A stretch of 64,000 nt of DNA from NCBI RefSeq assembly GCF_006345805.1, contig NC_043001.1:3596001-3660000 (forward strand). Direction: 5' to 3'. Under the pieces are notes generated by a model. The model was not told the origin of the DNA. It searched no databases and saw nothing but the letters and a program-made list of their open reading frames with translations. The translations under genes and the position numbers were made by a program. Positions 1-14,234 of the stretch are shown here, one piece after another; position 1 is the stretch's first letter, and each line of letters begins with the position of its first letter. The stretch comes from Octopus sinensis (taxonomy: Eukaryota).

Positions 1-10
1 TAATGACGAA

Positions 11-63
<53 letters not shown>

Positions 64-480
64 TAATATTAAAAATAATAACAACAATATATTTTGTACA
101 AAATATCATGTGGTCAGCTGTGTGTAATGTTAATAAGAGAGGCAAATTAATGATAGCAAGGTAGACAGTCGATTATTGTTTAGTCTGTTGTGCAATAGAC
201 ACAGAGAGTTTAAGGTCCATAATTATTGCAGTAAATAGTTCAGATCGCAGTAGGGTAGGCTTCATAAATAATCAATGGTACAACTTCCGCATGGCAAAAT
301 TTGCAAGGTAGACTAATTAATGAACGCTTACCTGCTGAACTGAAAATAACTCAAAATAAGATAGCAAAAGCACAAGATCCGGCAGCGATGTTGATAGATT
401 CAGTAAATATTTATTTCTCTTTAAGTAACACAATGCCACAAACAAAAAAAAACAAGACAAAACAACCCCCTCAAAGAATC

Positions 481-638
481 ATACATATATACATGTATGT
501 ATGTATGTATGTATTCATGTATATATGTATGTATGTATATATATATATATATATGTATATTTGTGTGCGTGTGTTTGTATATACATACATATATATATAT
601 ATGTGTGTGTGTTTGTATATACATTCATATATACATAC

Positions 639-689
<51 letters not shown>

Positions 690-750
690 AGTACATAATC
701 ATACATATTCATATATACATACACAAACATAAATGCCTATATTTGTACAT

Positions 751-782
<32 letters not shown>

Positions 783-970
783 TATATATATATACATGTA
801 CATATATATATATACATGTTCACACATATACATATAAATAAATATATATCTATATACACATACGTAAATATATATTTATGTACATATATATACATGTGTC
901 TATGTATATATATATATATGTTGTATGTATATATATGTATGCGCGTGTGTGTGTGTGTGTGTGTGTGTGA
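481..970. repeat. compound (TA)n/(TATG)n/(CA)n/(TG)n microsatellite field
   Basis: Directly visible dinucleotide and tetranucleotide runs; source of the Y/I/H/T/V/C ORFs. Confidence 0.95.
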
Positions 971-1317
971 GTAAACGAATAATGCAAACCATTTAAAATG
1001 AATGATTACAAAAATAACAAAAGATAAATACATAGTAAAAAAAAAAGAAATGCAAAAACAAAACAAAGAAAGGCAAAATACAGAGAAAAAGTAAGAGTAA
1101 AGAGTAATAACAAATGATCGTAAATATATACACGAAGTATCATTTGGAAATGATATTATTGAGAATATCAGACAGTAGGGGAGGTTATAAATCATTCAAG
1201 TTGATATATACGTCAAGATCCGGTGAGGTGATGAGAAAATAGTCGAATATTTACTAGCAAAAACTATATGTTAATCAGAGCTTGTTTTGCATCTATGTGT
1301 GTATGTATGCATTTACA

Positions 1318-1356
<39 letters not shown>

Positions 1357-2780
1357 CACATTGACACACACAGACAGACACACAGACAGACACACAGATA
1401 TATACATATAAATTGCGTATGTTTTTTACTTGCTATTTGTATTTTTCATTCTTGCATTTTTGTATTTATTTATTTATATTTTTTGTCATATAACGAGATT
1501 ATCTGAATTATTTCTGAATGATACAAATAAAGAAACTTGTTTTCATACATTTTTCTTTCCTTTTTAGCGTTTTGCCAGTACATTTATGTCCAACCATACT
1601 AAGCATTTTCCCTTCAACAGCCTACCCACATACCTACATACATATACACACACATACACATACACTTACGCACAAACACGGCCATACGCCAGTTCCTACA
1701 CTAACAACAGTCTAGCTGTTGTGATCATATTCACACACCTCCTAAACTATTTGTTATGACGTTAAGATGCAACAATATGTGTCATTATGAAATTTTACTT
1801 GTCAAAATCAAAACTATTACCGGGTTTAATTCTGCACAATTGATGTTGCTAACAACTTCAGTTGGCAAAATTTCTATCGTCATAGCTTTCACTTTCTATG
1901 AAATTTGTTGATATTTTCACACATGTGTACAATCACTTATATTAGATCAGATATTCAGCGAAGCTATTACGGTGCTAAAGATCAAACTATACCATGACCT
2001 AGAATAAATCAATCAACTTAAATTCTTAACCCGGAATTCGTTTCTGGTAAACAGCATTCAACATTGCAAGAATGCTTCTTATATGTTTTTGAATTTCTTT
2101 TTGTTGTTTTCTGTTCATCTGTTTCTTTGCAAAATGGTGGCAAGCTGGTAGAATCATTAACAAATCGGATGAAATATTTAGTATCGTTTCTTGTGGCTTT
2201 TTATGTTCTGACTTCAAATACAACTGAGATCAACATGGCCACCCATCCTTTTGGGCTTTTGGAATTGGGTTGATGAAAAAGTACCCATCGACACCCAGAT
2301 CAATGTAATCAACCAAAGCCCATCCCTAAATTTGAAAGCATTTTTCTATGCAAATGCTCATCAAAATAATTCTCTTACTTTATGTCTGCCCCGAATGAGT
2401 TTCGCATCTTTTGTTTGAGGGATTTAAAGCTAGAAGTACGTTATCTAATGGGTCCTTCTTTGTTATAAGGCCATGCGAGAATGATTTTTAAAGTAATTTA
2501 ACTGCTATCTCATGTACGCTGAGAGACCATATAGTTGCTCTTTCACTAGATCATGGATATTCTTTGCTGTCATTTTATAGGGAATCTATTGGTTAATGTC
2601 GACTATGCATATATAAAAGTTTGGGCAACACGTTTTGAAGGAGATTGGCTGTTCGCCATGCATACAAGTCGTCTCTCTCCAAGACATTGCTATTTTCCCT
2701 GGAGAAAAGCCACTGATTTGGTTCTCTGCAAGTCTTGTATGTATATTTGTATTTGTGTGTATGTATATATATATATATTA

Positions 2781-3050
2781 GGGAGTGGAGCAACATGGCC
2801 TAGTGGTTAGAGCAGCGGTCTCGCGGTCGAGGGATCGCGGGTTCGAATCTCAGACCCGGCGATGTGTGTGTTTATTACCTTCTGGCAGAAAGTAATGGCG
2901 AACTTCTGCTGCCTCTTTCGCCACAACTTTCTCTCACTCTGCAGCTCACCTGAGACGGGCCGGCATCCCATCCAGGTGGGGAACCTATAAGCTAAAGAAA
3001 CCGGAAAACCGGCCCTTATGAGCCAGGCGTGGCTCGAGAAGGAACAAACG
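2781..3050 (+). mobile_element. tRNA-derived SINE (third family, V-domain-like centre)
   Basis: A box TGGCCTAGTGGTTAG, B box GGTTCGAATC, central GGCATCCCATCCAGG motif resembling V-SINE domains (inference). Confidence 0.75.
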
Positions 3051-4213
3051 ATATATTCGGGAGGGTATGAATGAATGTAGGCATTTGCGTATGTTTGTGT
3101 GTGTGTGTAACACTTATCTTGACATCACATACGAGCAATGTTATTCGTTTTCAGTCTTCTGTGAAAAAGATGTTTAGCCGAAGGAAAAAGCTTTCTTGTT
3201 CGGAAACAGAAGAGTTTTATTGATAGGAAGGTCATATAGCTGCAGAAAAATTTGTCACAACGAATTTCATGTTACCCATACGAGCATAGGTGTGTGGACG
3301 TTGAAATGGTCAGTATGCAACTATCGCAAACAAAACTTATCCAAATTAGCACACAACCGGACTGAACCCGAGACTATGTGTTTAGGAAGCAAACTATATG
3401 GTTAATTAATCTGTTATAATTAACCACTTTACCACCCACAAACCCCATCCTGCTGTGTTTAAAAATTAACATATTATATACTGTACTTACCAGGTGACCT
3501 TAAAAACTAAAACGGTAGAATGACTTCACTTGGATTACCTTTGAATCCACATCTGTTTCATTAGATTTGATGGGGGTTAAACAATATTTGAGTTCGTTAT
3601 AGAAAAGTATTTCGGATACTGTTCTGGCTTCTTGTGTACAGCAGACAGCAAAGGTATCGTAATTATATTTACACTCTTGCAATTTCTTTATTCCCTCACT
3701 TTTGATTCTTTTGTCTCTTCTAACTTTTAATCATTCTCCAGTTTTAGGGTTCAACCAGACGCATAATCACCCACGGTTTTCTCACTTTAACAACTTCCCC
3801 TCATCTCCAAGACATTCTCTTCTAAACTGTGATTTGCCACGTTGCACCCTTACAGCAAGAAACCTCCTACTCTCTTCTGGCTCCTTTTTCATGTGCTGTG
3901 CCTCTCATTCCAAAGCATAAAGCTACCTCGCAAGGTTTGTAGTTTTGCATGCTGCATGACAAGATCACTCGCACGGTAACAAAATGCACTCCGCGCGGAT
4001 TTTAAAGCTGTTGGCATTGAGAATAGTTTCAGCTGAAGAAACGATCAGAAGGTAAATAGGGGAGCCTGATGCAGTCTTTGACCCTTTTGAGTCCAGCCAG
4101 CAGTGTAACACATACCAGCAGGCAACACAGTTGTTTAATGAAGATGACGACGACAACGACGACGACGACGACGACGATGACGACGACGATGTACAATTAT
4201 TTATTGTTTTATT

Positions 4214-4393
4214 TTTTTACTTGTCTCAGTCATATGACTGCGGCCATGCTGGAGAAGCACCTTGTAGTCGAGCAAATCGACCCTAGCACTTATTCTTTGA
4301 AAGCCTACTACTTATTCTATCGGTCTCTTTTGCCGAACCATTAAGTTACATCGGTTGACAAGCGATGTTGATGGGACAAACACAGACACACAA

Positions 4394-4474
<81 letters not shown>

Positions 4475-4768
4475 CGTAGTTCTTTATTACCCACAAGGGG
4501 CTAAACATAGAGGGGACAAACAAAGACAGACATAGGTATTAAGTCGATTACATCGACCCCAGTGCGTAACTGGTATTTATTTAATCGACCCCGAAAGGAT
4601 GAAAGGCAAACGACGGGTTTCTTTCAATTTCGTCGACCAAATCCACTCAGAAGGCTTTGGTCAGCCCGAGGCCACAGTAGAAGACACTTGCCAAAGATGA
4701 CATGAAGTGGGGCTGAACCCGGTACGATGTGGTTGGTAAATACGCTACTTACCACACAGCCACCTCTG
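4214..4768 (-). mobile_element. S2 SINE (tRNA head, CORE-like centre, internal microsatellite linker) interrupted by an S1 fragment
   Basis: Head at about 4768-4700 on minus; tail CCAGCATGGCCGCAGTC..GACTGAGACAAGTAAAA at about 4250-4214; matches copies at 20971 and 33125. Confidence 0.85.
4480..4610 (-). mobile_element. 5'-truncated S1 SINE nested in S2
   Basis: CTTTCATCCTTTCGGGGTCG core and AGCCCCTTGTGGG tail on minus; S2 sequence resumes at 4611. Confidence 0.85.
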
Positions 4769-5470
4769 TTTATATTTTCCGTATATAGATTATAAAATTC
4801 TCTGTTGAGTGACATTGAAAGTGATATTAGAAATCATTAAATATATGACAGTTTAAACCAAATTAAAACCAGAGTAAATATTAATTAGGTAAATAAATAA
4901 GTACATTTATACAAATCTTTGAATATCGATGTATCAATTTCGTTTATTCAATTCAAGTGTGAAGCATATTTTGTGTTTGACACCGTACAAAGGGAGACAA
5001 TTATTACCTTTTTACTGGGAATGAGTATTTATCTAAAAAAAACATAAGTTTTATACTGAAACCAGCTGAAAAAAGTGTTCTGTTTGAGGCAGATATTCTG
5101 TTAATACAATAGGTTTGTCAGGGCTGTTTAGATGTAAAATGTAATGACTTATAGTTTGCAGATGTAATCTACAATTTCTGGTAAGAAATGCTTACATACA
5201 ACAGCTTCTTACAAAAGTCTAAGCCTTCCATGGTTTGTCTTGGTAAGCTGCAATTATATATTTTGTCTATCTTAAGCTAATCATACAATCAATCCGCTGC
5301 TTTATTACATTGTAAATACATTATTCTTATTGCCTTTTAACTGCTGCCTTATTTTATACTAAAGATACATTCAACCTATACGTCTTACTATAGAGAAACT
5401 CAGACTAATATCTTACGTTATACCATAGATATATACTACTATTTGCCATATTCTGTTCTATAGCTACATT

Positions 5471-5672
5471 GTTATTTCTTTACTACCCACAAAGGGCTAA
5501 ATTCAGAGAGGACAAACAAGGACAGACAAAGGGATTAAGTCAATTATATCGACCCCGAAAGGATGAAAGGCAAAGCCGACCTCGACAGAATTTGAACTCA
5601 GAACGTAACGGCAGACGAAATACCGCTAAGCATTTCGCCCGGCGTGCTAACAACTCTGCCAGCTCGCCGCCT
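5471..5672 (-). mobile_element. S1 SINE with 10-bp target-site duplication
   Basis: Head AAGGCGGCGAGCTGGCAGAG, B-box-like GAGTTCAAATTC; TAGCTACATT at 5461-5470 and 5673-5682. Confidence 0.9.
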
Positions 5673-6219
5673 TAGCTACATTCTACTAAGTGCCTGACAT
5701 TACCTCACACTTGTTCTCTGCGTTATAATCTAGCTCCATTCTACCTATTTCCTTATGTCATTCCATAAAACCATACAGTTTGTTCCTTGTACTACAATAG
5801 AAAAACTCAGTCTGGTAGGATATTATTCCATCGATCATTGCTCCTCTTAATACAATAGTCAGAGGAGATAATGGTTATCAACCCTGCAAGTAAGTTATTA
5901 CGCTTTCATTAGACCTGAATGTGAACGATCACTTTAATGCTGCCTACAATACAACACAATGTTAAAATTAAGAACACCATAAAAAACAACACAAACAATT
6001 TAGTTTCCCTTTCAGCAGAGAACAGAGCTTTTAGATCGACCTGCGTTGAGAAAAAATAAAATGGCAAAAAAAAGAGTATAAAAAATAATAATCGGAAATT
6101 AAGAGAAAGAATTACTTTTCTGTGCACAAGTTTCCTTACACTGCAATAAATCAGTCACAGATATTCACATGATGAAGTGGTACTTCAGGCCTGAGTGAAC
6201 GATTTCCAATCTTATATGT

Positions 6220-6250
6220 GCTTAGTACGGAGCGGTAGTGGCAGTGGTAA

Positions 6251-6281
<31 letters not shown>

Positions 6282-6560
6282 GACCATGGCTGTGGCGGTG
6301 GTGGTTGTGATGGTGATGGCAATGATGGATACTGTAGTGGTTTTGGCTGTGATGTGGATGATTGCAATAAGGGTGATGGTGGTGGATTGGGGTGAGTATG
6401 GTGATGGTAATTGCAGCGATGGTGGTGTTAGCGATAATTGTAATGGCGGAGACGATGGCTTCGTTATCGCTAATAATGATGGTTAAATTGATAATACTGA
6501 CGTTGGTTGTGGTGATGGTGATGATGATGATGATGGAAATATACATGGTCGTGCTGTTGG
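6220..6560. repeat. degenerate (GGT)/(GAT) trinucleotide low-complexity tract
   Basis: Visible cryptic trinucleotide repeats; a similar tract lies at 6810-7020. Confidence 0.85.
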
Positions 6561-6580
6561 TGGCTTTAGTAAGAATATAA

Positions 6581-6773
6581 TTTCTGTACTACCCACAAGG
6601 GGCTAAACACAGAGGGGACAAACAAGGACAGGCAAAGGGATTAAGTCGATTATATCGACCCCGAAAGGATGAAAGGTAAAGTCGACCTCGGCGGAATTTG
6701 AACTCAGAACGTAACGGCAGACGAAATGCGGCTACGCATTTCGCCCGGCGTGCTAACGGTTCTGCCAGCTCGC
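6581..6773 (-). mobile_element. S1 SINE
   Basis: Near-identical to the 5471-5672 copy. Confidence 0.9.
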
Positions 6774-7204
6774 ATAATCTCCATAACACTCTTAGTCATT
6801 TTTGTCACAGCGGTGATGATGATGATGAAGAGGAGTTTGTAGTGTTCAATACAATTGATGACATCAACGATGATAATGTGGTTACCGAGCAAAACAAACG
6901 ATGACGGTGGCAGTAGCTGTACTGGTGATGGCGATGGTGGCATTGCCGTTGCTGTCGGTGATTTTGGTGTTGGTGTTGGTGTTGGTGTTGGAGCTACTGT
7001 TTCTGCTGCTGTCGATGAGGCATTTTCCCCGGAAACGTTAATGAAGACCATAGGTGTTGATTCATACACATCAAACTTATATTTCTCAATAATTGTTTTC
7101 ATGGTGGCTTTGTTCCTGACAGCATGTCAAAAACGGCCCCAGCTTCAAGTAATTCGTTATTGGAGGGAGAGGGACGAGGCAAAACTAGTTTCATTTTCTT
7201 TTTT

Positions 7205-7288
7205 GCCATATATATATATATATAATATATATATATACAAACACACACATATATATATGTATGTATATATATGTACATATATAAATAT

Positions 7289-7363
<75 letters not shown>

Positions 7364-7389
7364 CTATTTATGTATGTATACATTTATGT

Positions 7390-7420
<31 letters not shown>

Positions 7421-7426
7421 TATGTG

Positions 7427-7461
<35 letters not shown>

Positions 7462-7490
7462 ATATGCGTGCGTATGTGTGTGTATGTCGT
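7205..7490. repeat. (TA)n microsatellite field
   Basis: Directly visible. Confidence 0.95.
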
Positions 7491-7918
7491 TTGTTAAGTA
7501 TTTGATGTATAACTAATCAATAAGATATTGATCAGTTATACGTAATCGATAAAATATTGTTTGAATAAAGAAATGGATTTATTCGTTACTGGAGCTAGTC
7601 ATTAGTAATTTGGGATAGCCTGGAATCATTACCAGAATATTTGCCAATGAAATGAAATGAAAAGCTTCCTGTGTATATACGTGTATGTGTGTGTGTGTGT
7701 GTTTATATATCTATATATGATAGAAGATATATATATATATATGCTCATACACTGAGGTGTATATGCACGCACTAAACCTATTGAAAATGCACTTTCAATT
7801 TAGTTTACACATACAAACGCACACACACACAAACACACATGTATATGCGTACACACACACACACACATATGCATATATGTATATATTTATGTATACGTAT
7901 GTGTACATACGTACATAC

Positions 7919-7949
<31 letters not shown>

Positions 7950-7974
7950 ATACATATAAATATATATCGATGTA

Positions 7975-8005
<31 letters not shown>

Positions 8006-8354
8006 TGTATTCGGATGTGTAGTGTATGTGCACTCAGAAATAGGATAATGGGGAAGAAAAAATGGGCAGCTAAATGGTGAGAGGGTGCCATGCTGCTATG
8101 GAAAGAATCAGAAAGGAGAGACACTGCTACCAAGAGAGAGGGAAAGAGAGTGAGAGGTTTTAAAGTGGGAGGGTGGGAGGATGAAGTTCGACTATGAATA
8201 GATAAACGTATTGTATCACATGATCAGGTGGAAATTGGAGACAGCATATCACATGACTAAAAGACGAGAGGAAATAATACAAACGCCATTTTGTTTGTCT
8301 CTTACCTGTGTTTTTATGGGATGTCATAAATGGATTTTCACTTTTTCACAACTG

Positions 8355-8358
8355 CGTC

Positions 8359-8389
<31 letters not shown>

Positions 8390-8428
8390 CATTCATACAT
8401 ATATATGTGTGTGTGTGTGTGTATATGA

Positions 8429-8518
<90 letters not shown>

Positions 8519-8593
8519 GTATGTATACATACATACATATATATGTGTGTGTATATATTAGTGTGTATGTATATATATATGTATATATATGTA

Positions 8594-8644
<51 letters not shown>

Positions 8645-8658
8645 GTATGCATGCATGG

Positions 8659-8694
<36 letters not shown>

Positions 8695-8729
8695 AGATAC
8701 TGCAAACGCATGAATATATACGTTTATGA

Positions 8730-8761
<32 letters not shown>

Positions 8762-8775
8762 GTGTATTTGTGCAT
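8355..8775. repeat. (TA)n/(TG)n/(TATG)n microsatellite field
   Basis: Directly visible. Confidence 0.95.
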
Positions 8776-8953
8776 GTATCATTTTTTAAAATCTTTCACC
8801 TGATTCCTTTGTTGAATTGTGGCCATACTGGTGCACCGCTTTCATGGTGTGACACCATAAGAAAAACTGGCTTGAGAAAAACATTGGAGACTGCGATAAA
8901 CTAGTTTGAGTATATTGTAAGTAAGAATACGTAATAATCCAATGAGTCTTGTA

Positions 8954-9000
<47 letters not shown>

Positions 9001-9137
9001 GCGATCGCATACACATCTGTATATATACTTATATCCGTGTATTATATATGTAAGCATGATAATGTCTGAGTGACTGCACACACTCATAAAAACTATGATA
9101 CACATACATATAAAAGTATATAGAGTGATAAGTAATC

Positions 9138-9202
<65 letters not shown>

Positions 9203-10019
9203 GAGAGAGAGAGAGACGTGTGTGCTGTGACTATGTTCCGATCTGATACACTGTTACTCAGCCCACACGAATACGAATCTATGATACAAGAAGAATTTCA
9301 GGTTCTGTAAATTCGTTTCACTCGGTGTTCATTCTTGAGCTGCCCGGCTTTGTGAGATTTGGCCTACAATCTAACCTGTCTGGGAGCTAAAAGACAAACG
9401 AGGCAACTGTTCGAGTTTAGCCAGGCATTCGAGGTTATTTATATGCGTACAAACATACATATAGGTACATATATACATACATGAATATGTACAAAAATAC
9501 ATATATGAATAAACACATACACACACAAACGTGGAAATATCGTGTACGAGACACGAGATATGGAAAATATTTATGTAAAGAAGAAAATGTGCTTTTTACT
9601 TTGTAGTTAATATTTACATTTTTAGATTCGTTAATTATTTCCAAATTATACCATTACAATCAATTCCTTCTTAAATAAATTCATATATTTAAAAAAATGA
9701 TTATCATAATCAATTTATGTCAAAATACGTTGTTACATATTCTAAGATATATCAAATCCGAAATGCATTAGAACAATCAAATTATTTCAAATTTACTTTA
9801 CAGATGGATATAATTATCAACCGGTTTCATTTCGTATAGGGGTTATTTAATGCAATGTGCATGCGTAATGGTTTGCTACTGGTCTTACACACACATATAT
9901 ATATATATATATACACACACATACATATATATATATAGAGAGAGAGGGGGAGAGAGGGAGAGAGAGAGAGGAAAGAAAAAGACACGTAGATATATAATTT
10001 TTTAAGAGATTAAGAGAAG

Positions 10020-12450
10020 AGTGACAGATGAGAGAAGTATTCCAGACGGCTGAGTACAAATGTCCTCCATAGAACAAGTATAGTTTCCTGGTCCCTTGTT
10101 CTGAAAATCCTTAAGATCCAGCCACCCAGCCACCCAGCCATTCGCCTGCACATTGCCACCATATTGGTGATACGCATGTGAAGCGAAGCGTTGTTGCTCC
10201 CATCAATCCTCAGATCACACTCTGCACTTGACTCTGGCATTGCCGCTACTTTTGGTTCAAACTATCGTTGATGAGGCATGTTAGCAGCACAAGCGAATGG
10301 AATTTACCGGCATTAAATTGCTTTTGGTTTTCTTCAGCCCATTTAGATATGGCAGCTGTATTTTTCTGTAGAGAAGCATTGGAAGATTCCTTGAGTGCTT
10401 GTAATACTTTAGTGTTGTTGGCATAGCTAGCAAGTGTGGTTGACTGCATAACTGAGGGCATCTCCAAGTGAATCATCATAAATAGCAGCGGCCCCAAGAT
10501 AGTTCCTTGAGGCACTACGCTGTCTATAACTGTCTCCTTGGAGAGGGCTCCATTGGCTGCTACCACCTTGCTTCTGTTTTTTAACAAGTCCATGTAACCA
10601 TTCTTCCAGTTATCCAATTATGACCAGTCTCTGTATCTTGTGACACATGACCCTATGATCGACCTTATCAAAGGTCTTTGCATAGTAAAGATGCATCACT
10701 TCCACGTCTGAGCGTTTCATTAATTGTTTCAACACCCAGTTATGATACGTATCATTAATTAAATGAATTCTGTTAGAATATTATACACTGAATTTATAAT
10801 GCGTGCTCTTTGTATAAAATGTCAAAAATGTTAATATACTATGAAATATTTAGGCGTTAATAAGGGCGATTATATCTACTGTATTTTGAAATAATAGCGT
10901 GAAATTCAATATGAAAAATATTTCTCACGAAGATATATATGTCTAAAATTGTATTGTATTAAAATATATATAAATATATGAAACATGACATTTTAAAAAT
11001 GTGTTAATTAATGCTTCTTGCGATCGTTTAACGAAAGTATTGTCATTATAATAGAACCCATTGTTGATACAAATTGATAGACAATATTTCCGATCGTCAG
11101 AGTTGGAGAAGATGAAATGTTTAAAAAGTATCGAATGTTGTTTTAAAATTAGAAAAATAAATGAAAAAGTATTTTTGACAATAGATTAAAATTATGATAC
11201 TGCAAAAGCTGTGTAAGGCAGCTTCTTCCTGAATGAAGCCATGCTGGGTGTCAGGGATCAAATCCCTATCTTCGAGGAATGCAGTCAGTTTCTTCCTGAT
11301 GGGATGCTTTCTATGACTTTGTTGATATGGGAGGTTAGAGAGTCAGGTCTATAATGTTTAGCAAATATTCTGCTATTCTCCTTATCGATAGGACACTTTA
11401 TTCTTTTCTGGGAAGTCTCCCAGTAGTATGGAAGATATGGAGTTGGATTTTTAGTGATCTTGCTAGATCCCCTCTGCATTTCTTAAGAATTGCTGGGAAT
11501 CCATCAGGGCCTGTGGCTGAATTTTGTGCTCATTTCATCATTACATTTGTTTTCTCTATTTTGATGTTATCAATTAGTGCCATCTTTTTGTGTAGAGTTG
11601 TATTGCCGAAGAACTCAAGTAAGTGTTCCAGCGGAATTTTGAAAACATTCCAGTACTGCACGTTTAACATTTCACTGATCCTCTGGGAGGTGGGATCTGC
11701 TGTCGGTGAGCCATTTTCATCGAAAATTGGTCGAATCTTGTATCGTATTTAAGCAGACACTTTTTCAAATCTATAGAAGGCTTTAATGTTTGTCTTTATA
11801 TTTTTTACAGCCCCGAATTCCTTGTCGGCCGTCTGCTTTTCATGGATATGTTTGAGTTCCCCTTCAATTTCAAGCAGTGTTTGTGCGAGATGATATTCTT
11901 TGCTATCCTCCAGTGGGTCACTTAAACGGTTTAAGATCGCCTGTCGACGCATTAGAATCTTCCTTTCTCCGCGAATTATATTTGCCTGTTGGTTTCACAT
12001 TCTCTCTGGCGCAAACTTACTGCATATACCATGCATGTTTATTATAAGTTTTAGATGTTTTATGTCAATACCTTATGTAGAGAGACTTGTAGACCAATTT
12101 TGTTCTATGACCTGTTTTTGAATATCCTTCCAATCAGGTTTATGAAAGTTACGGCTGGGAAGGAGTTAGTTTTATTAAGTTATGGTCTGAAAAAATCGTG
12201 AGTGTCACTTTAGAATTATGGATGAACGCTGCATTATTTATGAAGCAGGTAGAGAATATTTTTGCCCCTTGTTGGGCGGAGCACTATTTGATCTATGAAG
12301 AGTATATTTGTGACTCTGAGCAGAGGCTCTGCCTGCTTTCTGTTCATGAAATGAAATACCTGAGAGATGGCAGCCCTGACGCCATTTGATATTAGGGTGG
12401 TAGTACGTTAATGTTGGGATGTGTTTCTCAAGTTCAATGCCTGAAGCCCG
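10020..12450 (-). mobile_element. degraded APE-type LINE ORF2 (CR1/L2 group): endonuclease C-terminus, linker, RT, thumb
   Basis: Minus-strand motifs, joined across frameshifts: HPNIKW, PTRG and SDH (endonuclease), NFHKPDW, HYRPDSLTSH, GRSCLTQLL, AKTFDKVDH, VPQGTILGPLLF, YANNTK (degenerate YADD), WILRIFRTR. Many stops and frameshifts. Confidence 0.9.
10749..11191. other. AT-rich 443-bp insertion inside the LINE RT, flanked by 9-bp direct repeat
   Basis: TTATGATAC at 10740-10748 and 11192-11200; removing the insert restores GRSCLTQLLQYHNWVLKQL. Confidence 0.8.
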
Positions 12451-13004
12451 GTCAGCCACCTTACAATCACCTGTGCCATCTCCAATAAGACCGTTGACCA
12501 ACAGCTGCTGTCCGCACAGTGTCTACATGATTTTCCTCGTAGGAAAAGTGCGTGCAGCATCCAAATATTTCCAAGATGGAGGCGTCATGCTTTGTCACCT
12601 GGGTTTGTGTCCTCAGTGATCATGGTGGAGTTGTTTGTCTCCTCATGAACAGTTCTCCCTGGCCTAGGGGCAAGCAAAACCCGTACCACTGACATGCGAC
12701 TCAGAAAACGCCAATCTACAGCCTGTACCTATGTCTCCATGTCAGCAGGTACCCTTTCCATAGAACTTACAGACTGTTTGGTCTCTTTTTTTTCATTCCA
12801 AGGCCGTTGTCTTACCAGGTTTTACTTCTTTTTTTTTTTGTGCTCACCTTTCACCTGTGGCTATCCACAGATTGCTTTCTCTTTGGTGATTTTGTCTTCA
12901 TCGTTGGTTTATGCTTGTTTATTTGGTGTAATACACAAAAAATATGTATAAAAAAAACATTTTGATGGATCTTCAAACTTTTCTCAGTCTTCCCATATGT
13001 ATAT

Positions 13005-13290
<286 letters not shown>

Positions 13291-13796
13291 CTATGTATAT
13301 TTGTATGTATGTATTTATACACAAAACTGTAAAATAGACCAGTTTGATATTTAGGGCAAGAAAACAACTTTAAATGTTTCCTTTCTCCCTATCTGTTGCC
13401 ATAATTGTTGTCTGAGATTGATTCCATTCTCAGAAGTACCATTAAATTTCTGAGAGAGACAATGGCTTGTTTCTCCTTCACTCTAATTAAATTTAGACAT
13501 TTTACTAACTTTTGTGTCTTCTCTTATAATTCTGGGTTGGAAATTGTGTCTTGGTGAGAACTAAATTTCGGATATAAAATGAAGCAATGTGTAGGTGACA
13601 TCATATTTAGAATCTTTTCACTAAAGTAACAGACACAAAAAAAAAAGAACGAAAGAACGAAAGAAAGAAAGAAGAAAAAGGAAAGAGAAGATGCTCATTA
13701 TTTAATTATTTAATTCACCAGTCTAAATGTCCAGAAAGACTGGGAAAGATATATTACTCAAATACAAAATAATTGACCAAATATGAAAAATATAAA

Positions 13797-13797
13797 T

Positions 13798-13836
<39 letters not shown>

Positions 13837-13933
13837 GTCGTCGTCGCCGTCGTCTTCATTGTCATCATCATCTTCAGCATCGTCATCGTCATCGTCCTCA
13901 TCATCTTCATCACCGTCACCATCATCCTCATCG

Positions 13934-13979
<46 letters not shown>

Positions 13980-14176
13980 TATCATCATCATCATCATCAT
14001 CATTATCATCATCATCATCATCATCGTCATCGTCGTCATCATTATCATCATCATTATCATCATCTTCATCGTCATCATCATCATCGTCATCATTGTCGTC
14101 GTCATCATCATTATCATCATCGTCCTCATCCCCATCATCGTCATCACCATCACCATCACCATCATCCTCCTCCTCC

Positions 14177-14211
<35 letters not shown>

Positions 14212-14234
14212 GTCGTCATCATTATCATCATCAT
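13797..14234. repeat. (ATC)n with GTC/CTC variants
   Basis: Directly visible; gives poly-D/M/H/I/S ORFs in five frames. Confidence 0.97.

Noticed and set aside
1990-2740. Possible very eroded RT (ENQISGFSPGK, YGLSAYMR on minus)
   Set aside because: Motif resemblance is too weak and the region is full of stops; needs tBLASTn/HMM.
2781-2860. tRNA gene (also the heads at 19054, 20971, 33534)
   Set aside because: A and B boxes are present but there is no complete acceptor stem, and each continues into a SINE body.
5162-6160. Candidate small exons at 5162-5180, 5859-5889 and 6016-6081 with good GT/AG signals and a downstream AATAAA
   Set aside because: No recognisable homology; joining 5889 to 6016 gives an immediate stop; such signals are frequent by chance. 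RNA-seq would decide.
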